Source: Mobula birostris (lineage: Eukaryota). Taken from it: a stretch of 64,000 nt of DNA. Below are positions 63,770-64,000 of this stretch, one piece after another (the stretch's first letter is position 1; the number at the start of each line of letters is the position of its first letter). The notes beneath the pieces are model-generated. The model was not told the origin of the DNA, did not search any database, and saw nothing but the letters and a program-made list of their open reading frames with translations. The DNA is taken from assembly GCF_030028105.1 (NCBI RefSeq), contig NC_092379.1, positions 99,190,408 to 99,254,407 of the forward strand, given 5' to 3'. The position numbers and the translations under genes were made by a program.

Positions 63770-64000
63770 CCACCAACATATTCTATGTTTATTACACCAG
63801 TCTCTGAAAACTCTAGAGACTATTGTACATGAAAATCCCAGGAGATGAGCAGTTTCTGAGATACTCAATCCACCTGACTGGCACCAACAGCATTCCAAGG
63901 TCAGTCACATAGATCACATTTCTTCCCCATTCTGATGTTTCGTCTAAACAACAACTGAATCTCCTGACCATGTCTGCATGATTTTATGCATTGAGTTGCT
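63770..64000 (-). mobile_element. Tc1-like element fragment
   Basis: Reverse complement of 22395-22600. Confidence 0.8.

Noticed and set aside
1-64000. Prokaryotic systems, CRISPR arrays, rRNA or true tRNA genes
   Set aside because: The sequence is eukaryotic intronic/intergenic DNA; tRNA-like boxes belong to SINE heads; no regularly spaced repeat arrays were seen.

Overview
Repeat-dense vertebrate genomic DNA. The repeat set (CR1/HER1-type LINEs, Rex1/Babar LINEs, V-SINEs, DeuSINEs, Penelope-like elements) suggests a cartilaginous fish, probably a ray; the taxon is an inference. The only host gene I can support is SHROOM4 on the minus strand: coding exon 1 at 45989-45864 and exon 2 at 14284-14133, together encoding the PDZ domain, with a ~31.6 kb first intron. 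Exon 3 was not found. Almost everything else is transposon-derived. The standout is one 4.4 kb retro-insertion (14508-18895) with a perfect 12-bp target-site duplication. In it a full-length young RTE LINE is fused at its 5' end to an unidentified GC-rich segment and an intron-less, GC-rich fragment of methylmalonyl-CoA epimerase (MCEE), ~220 bp from the SHROOM4 exon 2 acceptor and in the same orientation. Other notable items: a near full-length CR1 with twin-priming-type inversion geometry, minimal hammerhead ribozyme motifs at Penelope ends, a Gypsy-type solo LTR containing a ~350-bp G-tract, a Helitron inside a DeuSINE, and a MER2-like Tigger element. Repeat boundaries without a TSD or TIR are approximate, and repeat-family names come from recognised motifs, not a database search.
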